A program made the translations under genes and the position numbers. Below are positions 27,687-38,285 of a stretch of DNA of 64,000 nucleotides, piece by piece. Under the pieces are notes generated by a model, which searched no databases, had not been told where the DNA came from, and saw only the letters and a list, made by a program, of their open reading frames with translations. Source of the DNA: Balanoglossus misakiensis (lineage: Eukaryota > Animalia > Hemichordata). The stretch covers positions 1,222,831-1,286,830 of the forward strand of contig CM082578.2 in the NCBI GenBank assembly GCA_040954595.2, in the 5' to 3' direction. How positions within the stretch are numbered: position 1 is the first letter of the stretch; each line of letters starts with the position of its first letter.

Positions 27687-28640
27687 ATGTACAGAACTAC
27701 CTCTGATGCGAGATTGCTGGTTAACCCTGACAGTGTAAAGGAATGGACAGATGATCTGAACCTTTTACCAGATGTTGAACTTCCAAGGGTTATTATGTTT
27801 TTATTTTCCAATGGGTGGTCTAAGTCAATGATCAATAATTACAAATTATCAGATGGATGGAAACTACATAATGATGGCCATGTCAATAAAGTAAGTTTCT
27901 ACTTGTATCTTGTTTTCCCATTTTTGCTTGAATCTCAGAATGTATATAGAAAAATAGTTTGAGTACAGTTTGCTTTACATGTAAATGCTTGTACACTATA
28001 GTTGTAGTGAATCTCCTGTGTGGGCTCATTGGCTTTGAGTCCCTTGTGCACACATCAAGCAATGATGATAGCCTGACGAATTCTTTGCTTCATATGATCA
28101 TTGATGTGTAGGAATAATGTAGAACATTATATATGGGTTAACCCACATTGCTAGCGCTGAGCTGGACCCAGTTTTAATCCAAGTTCTTATATGCATTGCA
28201 TCATAATTTGACCAACTTTTTTTTCCTTCTTGACAACTTCACTTGTGTTAGGTACAAATGTACAAGATCGATGACAGATTTATATATGTAAGAGGAGTGT
28301 GTGTCAGAGAAACTGAACAACAAGCTCTGTACAAGTTATGGGTGATTTTAGAGGAAGCAAATATCATGTCGTCATCTTGTGAATGCCCTGCGTAAGTAGC
28401 AACTAAATACAATTTCACACATTTATAACCAAAGTACGAATATGATGCATCCCGGTAATCATTTTTTTTTCAAACTTACTATCAGGCAATATCATTTTAT
28501 AGACAGTTAGCTGAATCAATTCATTGATGAAAACTGCATTTCTTGTCACAGGGATGACCAGGCGTGCAAACATGTTGCCGCCATGTTGTTTGGCTTATGG
28601 TCGTTTGGCGAGCGACACCAGGACAGAAACACTGTGGTTG
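27687..28640 (+). CDS. 5' exons (27687-27890, 28252-28391, 28552-~28640) of the ISL2EU accessory gene with SWIM zinc finger; interrupted by the Academ insertion
   Basis: GT-AG spliced frame reads ...YVRGVCVRETEQQALYKLWVILEEANIMSSSCECPADDQACKHVAAMLFGL (SWIM CxC-xn-CxH); frame stops at TAG 28664; true start may be further upstream. Confidence 0.75.
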
Positions 28641-31600
28641 CAGCCAGAACGCAACACCTTCATTAGCATATTATCGCCTATCCAGATCAGGACCGTTACA
28701 TTTTGAATGGCCGCTCACAGACCGTTTTTTGAGGCATTTTCAACTTGCCGTAACTTTCGTTAGAGTGCGTTATTTTAAATCATGTAAACGCGAAAACCTC
28801 CCCTGACATGTCTTATTTCGTGCCATCCAAATGGATTTTGGAATTATTTGCTGAAATATTGATATTACGGCGATTTTCCGAAGGTTACTTCAGCGGTCGA
28901 AAATATGGTCCAGTTTTTCACTTCCAGTTTCCATAATATGCCCCGGAAAGTTTACAGAATTCAGGGTAATGTGGGTTTTTGTACACTTTAAATGACCGTG
29001 TAAAGAAATTTGGTAAAGATACAAGTGCAACGGTCAGTTCAAGAATTTTCGCTAAAAAACGGGCGATTTTACCCGGAAGTCGTCACATGACCTACGTGAC
29101 CCGGTCCGTGACCCGAGGTTTCCAGGCCGGTGCTCGTAAATGCGGAAGTATCCCAGTTGCTGTTTGCAGTCGCTGTTTAACGCGATTTTGGACTCATTGA
29201 AAGAATCGGATTGATTTTTTTGTCGCTCAATAACGTTTTTCTTCTTTGTGAAACACTACAGTCGACGAAATCTGTAAGTATTTTATTCTTCAAGGCAATG
29301 CATGCATGAGTTGTGTGTTCGACGCGTCACAAGTAGATACTAGTACATGTAAATATGTTCTAATGTAAACTCAATTATTAAAGTAATGACACTTGACTAA
29401 GACGTAACTTCGGTTTATGTGGATTTTTAATGCATACACCCAGCCGCCAGTGGACAGCGTTCATCATGCATGTACATGTATAATAAAAAATCGATGGTTC
29501 ATGATACTTCTGAGTTTTGAAAGCAGGTTGTTATCACAACACCTCTTAGTTGTAGACCAAAAACAGGTAAACAAACAATTACATGAAAAAAACTAAACAG
29601 TTGAAATTTCATGTAAATTAAGCACATTATAGTCTCTCCAAAACTTGGTAGTTCTGTGCCCCTCTCATTTTCATGTCACAGGCAGAATCCCTGCATTATG
29701 AAGATGGCTTCATCACTTCTTACCATCGAGGTCAAAACAGATTCATGCGTGGCTAAGTTGACAGTCAGGTACTAACAAGATTGTTACATCCAACTTGAGT
29801 ACAAGTGTAATGATTGCACTTGCAGTACTGTTATATCAATTTTCATTATCATTACAATCAGCATAATTTATTTCATCACTACTGGAAAAGTCTATTTCTT
29901 CATTGCCTTCTCCCCAGTTATATTCATCAATTAAAACTTCATTATCAGAATCATTTTCCAGTATGCCTTGTTGCCCTTCAATCAATTGCTCATATTCTTG
30001 TGCTTCCTCCTGGATAATAACTTCAAGGTTTATGTCATTACTTGTACTAGCAACTCCAGTAGTGATAGAAGTTGACGATTCTGTCACTTCTCTAAATTTT
30101 GGACACATTCCTGAAGTTTTAGAGCCTGCACAAAATCCTGGTTCCAAGTTGTGTGGATTACTGCAGTCTTTGCAACGGCAGCCTGGACCACAATTTCTGT
30201 GTGCCTTAAAACATTTACAATTTCTCTTGTCACAAGTAGGCATTTTTTTACATCCACAACCTTTTGTCAAAACCTCAACATTCTGTTTGATTTTTGCTAG
30301 GTTTTCATCCGAATCCCACACTATACCAAGTGACCCATCAAGAGATATTGTATACCCATAGTCAGACAAACATGGAAAACTTACAGAGAACTCACTAGCC
30401 TGTGCCCACAATTGCGAAACCCAACATGATCTTTTCCAGTGCAGTTCCAAAGCTTCATATGAAGGAATGAAGTCTTCCTCATATTGAATCCGTGGCCAAA
30501 TTGCTTCACGTATGTGCGCCAGCCATTTCCTATGATTTATGTGAACAGTTTCATCTTCACTGGCTAGTTTTCTGTATAATTCCAGAGGAGTGGACACTTC
30601 AAATGCCTGTAAATGCTTCTTGAAATAGACAGTCCCAATGAGACGTAAGAATGAAAGCAACCCAAGATCCATATTATCTTCATTTGTATATGACAGCATA
30701 CCAGGAAGTACAGAGCCACTAGTTATAAATTCAGCATATTGCAGAAATGACTTATAGAAAAATAACTTTCCAATACCACAAAAAAAGGACACAAAATCAC
30801 AACCTGTACAAATGAAAAGCATCTGCAATATTTTACCAATAGATAGAGTTGGTATGTGTTGAAGATCTGGGTCAAATCTGAAATCAGATTTTAGTTGATT
30901 CATATCTAAATAGGTCAAATTAGAAAGATCATTATCCAGTTGAACAAATACCTCTTTCTCTACATGTTGATACAAAAAAGGCAACAGAACGTGGTAAGTA
31001 TCTGTATCAGGTGAATATATTACACCTTTCTTGTAAGGAGATATTACAGCATGGAGGACACACCGACTATCTGCCTCTTCATGACAACTTTCATTGCACC
31101 ATTCGTTGACCACACCCTCTTTATTTACACATAGACTCTTGTCTTTATTTTCTCCATCAAACCCACCAGCTGTAATGAAAACTTGATCTCCTTGTAAGGC
31201 AGGAATGATCTTTCTCAAACATGCCTCTGATAAAAAGTTCACCAACTTTCTTTTGCTTGGCCTGTGGCCTATCAATTTCCTCCAATTACTAGGAAGATCA
31301 GTGGTCTCTCTTATGTCATCTGTGGCATTAGTATCCTCAATGTTTTGGTCCCTTCTTGCTCTCTCAATGTCCTTTGGACTAGGTCCAAGTCTATTAGGAT
31401 CATCAAATAAAAGGTGGACTTCAAAGTAGTGTTGTCTAAAATGAGGTACAAGCCAGCGTCTGACAAAGAAATCAGCATACTGACCGAATGTGGTATGAGC
31501 TGCAAGTGGGGCCTTATTTATTAGGAACATACCATCCAGAATCATGAACTGTCCCTGCCAGCCAAGGGGTAAATAATCTTTGATGACTTTATTGTAACGA

Positions 31601-34600
31601 GATTTGAAAAACCTAGTCACATTACTCTTTTGTCCTTTATATGGCAAACCCTCAGCCATGCAGATTGCACGTGGGAACATGATAAATTGGTCTAAACTTT
31701 GAACAGGTTGGCCAGTTTTCTTTGACTGTGCAATTTGAATTTTCAGACAGGCTGTCACTGTTCTGTGATCTTTGTCACCCCTTTTCGATTTTACCCGTTT
31801 TATTATTTTACCAGAAAATGTTTTGAGGCGGCGCTTTCTGACAGATGTGTCAGCACTGGGCTTATGCATTATTCGAACCCTAATATATGCATCTAGGTCT
31901 TTCTTTCCAATGTCTCGGAATGATAACAAGTCTTCTTCAATGATTTTATCAGCCTCAATCTCCAAAAACACATTTCGTAAACATTTCATACTGGATTGGG
32001 AAAAAATATCTGTTGTTTCAATTGCAGTAATGTATAACCTACAATTGTCCTCATGAACTTTATGTACACTTCTAAAGCTACCCTGCTGTGCTTGGCTTGG
32101 AAACAACTGTGTTTTTAGATTTTTGGCTGCCATTGCTCTGTATGGAAGATATAATGTTAACCTCTCCATTATTCCTTCAGCTGCTGTATGGATAGCAACT
32201 TTAACATCTTTATTTACACCCATTTCGTGAGCTTCATCAAGTGCTACATTAGTCCATTTTGACCCAGAAAAGTTACACACGAAACCTCCTGATTGTAAGT
32301 GTTCTAAGAGAGATGCTGGCATTTTCAAAACATCAGCAAGATGTCTAGGAATCAATCTCAAATACAGGGATCTGTCAAACGCATGAAAGAGAGGACACAT
32401 TTTCTTTAAAGCAGACATTCTGAGGTTCCAGTTTCCTGACCTTATAGCTATATACAAGGCAATATAGGAAAAGCAATCTTCCTGAATGAATCTCAGCCAA
32501 AATTGAAATGTACTGTCACTCTCAGACTTCTTTTTGCAATACACGTGAAAGTCTTCCTCTAGTCCTACTAACCTGCTTTGGAGGTCACTGTAAATTTGAC
32601 ATATAGAGTCATCATGTGTTTCAGAGTTGAAGTATTCATGGGCTTTGATAGTTGCATCTAAAATACAATCATTTATGGATTGTGTGTCAAGAGGGCAATG
32701 ATACTCAGCCTCTGATGCTTCTTGATGATGATACTTTAAAAAAGATTCAATCAAACAACGAAAGAAACTTTCCCAGACTTGAACTAGGAAACGATGAGTG
32801 AGTTTAAAATTTGTACACAAAGCCAGTGTCTCTAATGTACCACCCTTATGGTTAAACCCAGCAATTTGTTTCAAGCCAGCATCCCAAAATATTTTCATCA
32901 GGACTGGCTGATAGTTCTTCAGTGTGTGCCAATCACCAATAAATGGTTGTAACCAATCCAGATCGACACCGTACATGTCTTTCAATCTGACAAGATGATT
33001 GAATGTCTTGCCGTCACCCACTACTACCAGGTATTTTAACCTTATTTCAACTTTAAATGTTTGGTATAGCCTATTGATAACAGCATGAACAGTCTCTATA
33101 GAATCAGCATGTTCACTTGAAAGACCAAGATACAGCACCTTTGAACTTTCACATTCGGTATTGTTAATTTCTGAACTTAGCTTAGTTTTGAAGTCTGGTA
33201 ATAGAATATCAGAGTTAGATCTATGTGTAAAGTTTTTCTGCAAAATGAAAGTGAATGCATCAGAGTACAATTTTGACCATGCATTACTTTCACCTGGGCT
33301 TATGTCAAAATCTTGTAGGGAAATATTAGGAGAAGGGCAATGTTCTCTTATTAATGGTGGTTTGAATACATGTGTAGTATCTTGGTTTGCTTGGCTACCT
33401 TCAGTAAAAGTTCGCTTCTTTTTTGATGGTTTACATGATGAACTGTCACTACTAGTGTTTGGCAGGTCAGTACACCCATACTGAGCTGAACTGAGAATTT
33501 TTTGCATGTTGTATTCTTTCATTTCCATTGTACAAAAATTGTCATTAATCTCCTGCCATCTAGTGAATGAATTGTCAGTTTGTTCATTAAGTAAACTCTC
33601 TTTACTATTTATGAGTTGCCGATTCAACAGCAAGTCATAGTGTCCTGGTTGACCTGGCTGGTCAGGAGTATATAGTAAACAAACTGGCTCAGTATTAGTA
33701 AAAAAATCTCCAAAAGTTTCCCCTCGTACGAAGTTGTTATTTTGTTTTGTGTAAATGTGAAGAGGACATTTTGATACAAAAACAACACACATCATTTCTG
33801 GCATTCCAGCATACTCATCAGTTTTCTTCATACATTGTGCTCTGTGGAGTATATCCATATACCTATTCCCATCCAACAGAACATCAAGATGAGCATCTGA
33901 TAATTCATCAAAATATGCATGATTGGCTTGGAGAATGTCTGCAGTGTCAACTCTCAACCTATCAGCAAGCACTCTCTCCCTCTCAATCAGTGTGTGATCA
34001 CTGGGAAGACCATTTCTTTGACGGTTACACTGACGCAATACATAATCATTCCTGATAGCAATGCACCTAAAAAAGCACCTGCCATCACCAAAGATCTTAA
34101 TAAGTTTTAAGTCTTCAATTTTTGAGTGTATGTCAACACTACCAAACACCAAATCATCAGCTGTGTTTGTTATTGTCTTTGGCCTTGGTTGCACCATTTG
34201 ATATGAGGTCCCATGAAAACCTCTGGCGTTTTCATCTGACCTTACCACTGCATATTTTGCGGACTTATCAATGTTATCAATGCTAGTCACTGCAAATGCA
34301 TTACTTAATATGTTGTTTTCTATAAAAGTATCTGATTTTCTGTCCTCTATGACAGATACCATATATCTGTGCAAAGTATCAACAGAGCTGACTAAACCAA
34401 ATCTATTTAAAATTTTCATTAAAGTAGTAGAACCACTGTATCCTTCCACAATATCAGCCAAATACAAATGGAGAGGATAGCAACATTCATCAACACACGT
34501 ATACAGCAACAAACATACAGAGAAGAGTCGTCTGAGAAATCTAGCTCTACTATCCATGGATGATTTGTTGTAGAATTCTAAATAATGAATGTTCCAATCA

Positions 34601-37600
34601 AAATATGATCTCCTCAGTTGTTTACGTTCTGTACTGTTCACTGTCAGATATACTATAGTGTTCCATAATATTGGATCAATTTCAAAAACAAGTTTTTCGA
34701 AATCAATGATGCTCATATCATATTTCTCATTTTTTAGATATTTTACAAATTCATGGGCTTGTTGATAAAGCTTAATATTTAAATTATCAACAACCACATC
34801 AAGCATGTTGAAAAAGTCAACATCTGCCTTACCCATGTCTCTCATCCTTTGTTGTAAGCATGTAATTTGTTTTTCAGAAGATATAATATGTTGGTTGTAT
34901 TCGACAAGTAAAGTGTGCAAAGCTAATGTTAAGTCAGACCCAGTTCTGTACATAAGAGTTGAGAAGTTCTTGTTGGCATGAGTCTTTATAGATAGATGAG
35001 AAGGATAAAAGATAGAAAGAAGTTCGCGGAGAAGCCAGCTGTTTGATTTCTGGAAGGAATAAAATGGTTGAGTTGACTCATCAACTTGCATTACTTTATA
35101 CTGCTTTTCCAATTCCTCATTGAAATGTTTCTTAACATCCACCAAAAGTATTGCATGCTTTCTGAGAAGAATCTCTCCAAGAAATACAGCAGTTTCACTC
35201 AAAGCACAAGATACTATATTTGTTTCATCACAACATCCCTTTTCTATAATTAATCTATGTTGGGACATAATCTCATTCAAATCTGAGTTGTCTGACATTG
35301 CCATGCCTTTCTGGATATCTTGCGTAACTTTTTTTGCCAACTCAGTGAATGTTTTGTAGCACTTTACGCAAACTGCACAGTTCTCTGTGAGTGAAAATGG
35401 TGTGCCACTTTCTTTATAGAACCTGTCAACATTTTTAAATTCTGGAATTTTTGATAGGTTACTTTTTTTTGTCTTTGTAAGACAAGAAGAGCAGACACGG
35501 AAAGATCTTCTCATAGCATGAAAATAGTGAGATGCACATAGTGGATATGACCCCTGGTTCTGAAAAGGTGTAAAATCCACAGAAATGTTTTCACAGAGGA
35601 CTTTGAATGCATCTAAAGAACAATCATGGTCACTTTCATTTTCACAAAGACCAACACCAACTAGAATACATGTAGAAAGCTTTCTTTTTCTTGTTGCACA
35701 CTTATAGTTTGGGTCCTTAAAAGTTCGTTTTAGCGTCATTCTACATGCATCACATATACAATCTGTATTTTTCAGATTATATTCACTATCCAAAAACAAC
35801 TGTAGATCTTCTGGCCAATCAAAAGCATGATTATATCTTGGCTCATCTGTTTTTCCACAGTTTTTACAGGAAGTACACACTCTTCCTGGGTGGATTTTCT
35901 CCCAAGGTTTTTTCCTTGCCCCACCTCTACTATGGAAATGTGCTACAAATTCACTGCTTCGAATTGGTACCATAGTATCATCAGACAGTCTTTTGCCATT
36001 GATACACAGACTGAATTGATCACTTGGTACTGCTGTGTGGGACTGAACAATGTGTTTTAGGTCTTTGATGGTATGAAAGATAGACACCTTTACATTTATG
36101 GATCTATCACTAACTGAAACTGTATGGTAAGTTTGACCATTGAGGAAAAGAAGAAAGGAAGATAGAGCTAGAAGACACGCACATTGTGCAAGTACATTTG
36201 GATCATGTTTTCTGACCTGGTCTGTTGTTATACGAGTATTTACTATTTTGCAATTTTTCCGAGATGAAAGTTTTGTTTCAGTACCTTGTTTAATATTCAA
36301 AAAGACCAAAAGAGAAGAAAGAGCAAGAAGTATTGCTACCTGAGTAAGAACAATCTCGTGTTGTGTTGTGTCATGAATGTCTGCACTATGTTTTGCCTCC
36401 CAACTTTGTCCGTCTGGCAATATATTTTCATCAACTGTCGGTTGCCGAGGACAGGAACTGTGGGGATTGTGTTGTGTTACTTGATCTATTTGTACGGGCA
36501 ACAGAATATTAAACGATGACAGCAAAGATATGGAGAGATTGCAAAAGCAGATGTGGTGTAATAAAGAAAATAAAATAACAATTTCCTCAACAACAAAACC
36601 ATAACCCACAAATACATCTGGGAAACCAACAATACAGCAAGTTACAACCGATGCAACCAGAAGTTTAAAAACAAGTTCACTTGACTGTGTGTCATGTAAA
36701 GATTCACTGGTATCACACAGATTTATTGACTGATATCGAGGCTGTTTGGTTATTTCACAAGACTTTGGTCTGGGTAGGTAGCAAGAGGGAAAGCAATAGC
36801 GATGCACACAGTATAGGATTACTTCCAAACTCTTTAAGAAATAAAATATAAAAAGAATAAAATAAATAATGAAGAAAATAAAAAGGAATGGGAAAAGCAA
36901 AATGAATAAAACAGAAATCAAATCAAAAACTACTTGAAAGAAGCAAGTACTGTCAATCGGGCTAGGAGAATCACTCCTTGTGCCACCATGAACCGTATAA
37001 GGTTGGTCTTTATTCTCAAACAGACAAACATGGTCACAAAGATACAATAGTCCAAAGAAGACTAATGTAATAAAATAGCAAAACCGATGTCTCGCTGAGA
37101 TTATCATTTTAAACAATTTCAAAGTTTGATATTTGACTGTCAGAAAAGTATTCGTGAAAATATAATACAATATTAAAAGATAAATAACTATGTTCTTAAC
37201 TAGCAAAATAAATACAGTAGCTAAAACAAAACTGTCACTGCGAACTGATGAAGGTAAGCTTCTTCTTTCAAGTATCCAACACTGACTAACTGGGAAAATC
37301 TGTAAATTCCAAAACTGCAAACTCCAAACAGACGAACCTGCAATATAAAAACAACACAGCTGACACAATGCGTACACAGTACAGACTGGGAACTACGAAG
37401 ACAAATTTGTACTAGTTTCTGTAAACCATACATGTACCAGGATGTAATGAACAGACGTGTTCGTTATCTCAGTGTTCGAGTTTAATAGCGACAACGCTCA
37501 GCTCGAAATGTAATTTAACTCTTGAGTAATCTATGTTAAATCGGTCCAAAAAACGTAGTTTAGGCAGATCTCGACGATCACCTTTAAATTTCACAAATAT

Positions 37601-38285
37601 TGGGTACCATGTTTGTTTTAAAAGTCGATATAAAACGAACTCATTTCCAATATGTGCATTTATCAACACTACATGTGGGACGTGGAACAATACACATGCT
37701 GCACTGAACGCTCGCTCGACATGGGCCACGTAGTAAACTCCCGCCATTTCCCACCGAAAATGACCTCGTCACGGCAAAAAGTAAACAAACTTTAAATCTT
37801 CATAACTTCGTTAATATGCCCTGGAAAGTATACAAACTTCACAGGGAAAAGGGCCAATGTCTATATTTTATAAATATTACTTCGGATTTGTACAACAACT
37901 TGGTGCAACAGTCCGTTCAAGAATTTAGCGAGGCATGTTTCGACAACGTGAATTTTCATTACTCTGTACTTTTCGTTATTTCTCTGAAACTATTGCATTA
38001 ATCATCAAAAATACTTCCGAAGATATAGTTCGATATACGTACCTTTACATTAATCCAACAAAACTTCTTATAACGCTCTCCGTTTCCAGCGGGCAATGGC
38101 CAAAGGTGGGGAAAAAACTGACCCAATTCACACACCCTCTTTTGGGCTCAGTGTAACGACCTCGTTTTTGATTTACATTGCATGGCCTGTATTTCCCATG
38201 ATGCCCGGTGATGATCAAGCCTCGCTTCTGTAGTTTTGCTGACTCGTGTTGTGCATGCATTAAAGTTGTTCTTTGAGTCAACCTG
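28641..38285 (-). mobile_element. AcademX-like autonomous DNA transposon nested in ISL2EU (ends tentative)
   Basis: Single 2513-aa ORF with DDE, XPG-like and Cys-rich domains; separates the SWIM and YqaJ exons; candidate ends TTG|CAG...CTG|TTG. Confidence 0.7.
29836..37377 (-). CDS. 2513-aa Academ-type transposase: hydrophobic N-terminus, ubiquitin-like domain (RGG), Cys/His zinc modules, DDE core with inserted OTU protease, XPG/FEN1-like nuclease, CXC tail
   Basis: IDNID..GFHGT, VGDGKT..IGDWH and LDEAHEM (DDE); GDGRCFFR..GHYDLL (OTU); LDGMF, HEEADSR, SPDTD, GCDFVSFFCGIGK (XPG/H3TH); CGCKKMPTCDKRNCKCFKAHRNCGPGCRCKDCSN (CXC); uninterrupted 7.5-kb frame. Confidence 0.9.
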   Translation of the reverse strand: MYALCQLCCFYIAGSSVWSLQFWNLQIFPVSQCWILERRSLPSSVRSDSFVLATVFILLVKNIVIYLLILYYIFTNTFLTVKYQTLKLFKMIISARHRFCYFITLVFFGLLYLCDHVCLFENKDQPYTVHGGTRSDSPSPIDSTCFFQVVFDLISVLFILLFPFLFIFFIIYFILFIFYFLKSLEVILYCVHRYCFPSCYLPRPKSCEITKQPRYQSINLCDTSESLHDTQSSELVFKLLVASVVTCCIVGFPDVFVGYGFVVEEIVILFSLLHHICFCNLSISLLSSFNILLPVQIDQVTQHNPHSSCPRQPTVDENILPDGQSWEAKHSADIHDTTQHEIVLTQVAILLALSSLLVFLNIKQGTETKLSSRKNCKIVNTRITTDQVRKHDPNVLAQCACLLALSSFLLFLNGQTYHTVSVSDRSINVKVSIFHTIKDLKHIVQSHTAVPSDQFSLCINGKRLSDDTMVPIRSSEFVAHFHSRGGARKKPWEKIHPGRVCTSCKNCGKTDEPRYNHAFDWPEDLQLFLDSEYNLKNTDCICDACRMTLKRTFKDPNYKCATRKRKLSTCILVGVGLCENESDHDCSLDAFKVLCENISVDFTPFQNQGSYPLCASHYFHAMRRSFRVCSSCLTKTKKSNLSKIPEFKNVDRFYKESGTPFSLTENCAVCVKCYKTFTELAKKVTQDIQKGMAMSDNSDLNEIMSQHRLIIEKGCCDETNIVSCALSETAVFLGEILLRKHAILLVDVKKHFNEELEKQYKVMQVDESTQPFYSFQKSNSWLLRELLSIFYPSHLSIKTHANKNFSTLMYRTGSDLTLALHTLLVEYNQHIISSEKQITCLQQRMRDMGKADVDFFNMLDVVVDNLNIKLYQQAHEFVKYLKNEKYDMSIIDFEKLVFEIDPILWNTIVYLTVNSTERKQLRRSYFDWNIHYLEFYNKSSMDSRARFLRRLFSVCLLLYTCVDECCYPLHLYLADIVEGYSGSTTLMKILNRFGLVSSVDTLHRYMVSVIEDRKSDTFIENNILSNAFAVTSIDNIDKSAKYAVVRSDENARGFHGTSYQMVQPRPKTITNTADDLVFGSVDIHSKIEDLKLIKIFGDGRCFFRCIAIRNDYVLRQCNRQRNGLPSDHTLIERERVLADRLRVDTADILQANHAYFDELSDAHLDVLLDGNRYMDILHRAQCMKKTDEYAGMPEMMCVVFVSKCPLHIYTKQNNNFVRGETFGDFFTNTEPVCLLYTPDQPGQPGHYDLLLNRQLINSKESLLNEQTDNSFTRWQEINDNFCTMEMKEYNMQKILSSAQYGCTDLPNTSSDSSSCKPSKKKRTFTEGSQANQDTTHVFKPPLIREHCPSPNISLQDFDISPGESNAWSKLYSDAFTFILQKNFTHRSNSDILLPDFKTKLSSEINNTECESSKVLYLGLSSEHADSIETVHAVINRLYQTFKVEIRLKYLVVVGDGKTFNHLVRLKDMYGVDLDWLQPFIGDWHTLKNYQPVLMKIFWDAGLKQIAGFNHKGGTLETLALCTNFKLTHRFLVQVWESFFRCLIESFLKYHHQEASEAEYHCPLDTQSINDCILDATIKAHEYFNSETHDDSICQIYSDLQSRLVGLEEDFHVYCKKKSESDSTFQFWLRFIQEDCFSYIALYIAIRSGNWNLRMSALKKMCPLFHAFDRSLYLRLIPRHLADVLKMPASLLEHLQSGGFVCNFSGSKWTNVALDEAHEMGVNKDVKVAIHTAAEGIMERLTLYLPYRAMAAKNLKTQLFPSQAQQGSFRSVHKVHEDNCRLYITAIETTDIFSQSSMKCLRNVFLEIEADKIIEEDLLSFRDIGKKDLDAYIRVRIMHKPSADTSVRKRRLKTFSGKIIKRVKSKRGDKDHRTVTACLKIQIAQSKKTGQPVQSLDQFIMFPRAICMAEGLPYKGQKSNVTRFFKSRYNKVIKDYLPLGWQGQFMILDGMFLINKAPLAAHTTFGQYADFFVRRWLVPHFRQHYFEVHLLFDDPNRLGPSPKDIERARRDQNIEDTNATDDIRETTDLPSNWRKLIGHRPSKRKLVNFLSEACLRKIIPALQGDQVFITAGGFDGENKDKSLCVNKEGVVNEWCNESCHEEADSRCVLHAVISPYKKGVIYSPDTDTYHVLLPFLYQHVEKEVFVQLDNDLSNLTYLDMNQLKSDFRFDPDLQHIPTLSIGKILQMLFICTGCDFVSFFCGIGKLFFYKSFLQYAEFITSGSVLPGMLSYTNEDNMDLGLLSFLRLIGTVYFKKHLQAFEVSTPLELYRKLASEDETVHINHRKWLAHIREAIWPRIQYEEDFIPSYEALELHWKRSCWVSQLWAQASEFSVSFPCLSDYGYTISLDGSLGIVWDSDENLAKIKQNVEVLTKGCGCKKMPTCDKRNCKCFKAHRNCGPGCRCKDCSNPHNLEPGFCAGSKTSGMCPKFREVTESSTSITTGVASTSNDINLEVIIQEEAQEYEQLIEGQQGILENDSDNEVLIDEYNWGEGNEEIDFSSSDEINYADCNDNEN

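Noticed and set aside
29903-36519. Multiple + strand ORFs antisense to the 2513-aa ORF
   Set aside because: Short shadow ORFs without recognisable motifs.
29836-37377. Viral polyprotein or giant-virus insertion
   Set aside because: No polymerase, helicase or capsid motifs; the DDE+XPG+CXC layout fits Academ.
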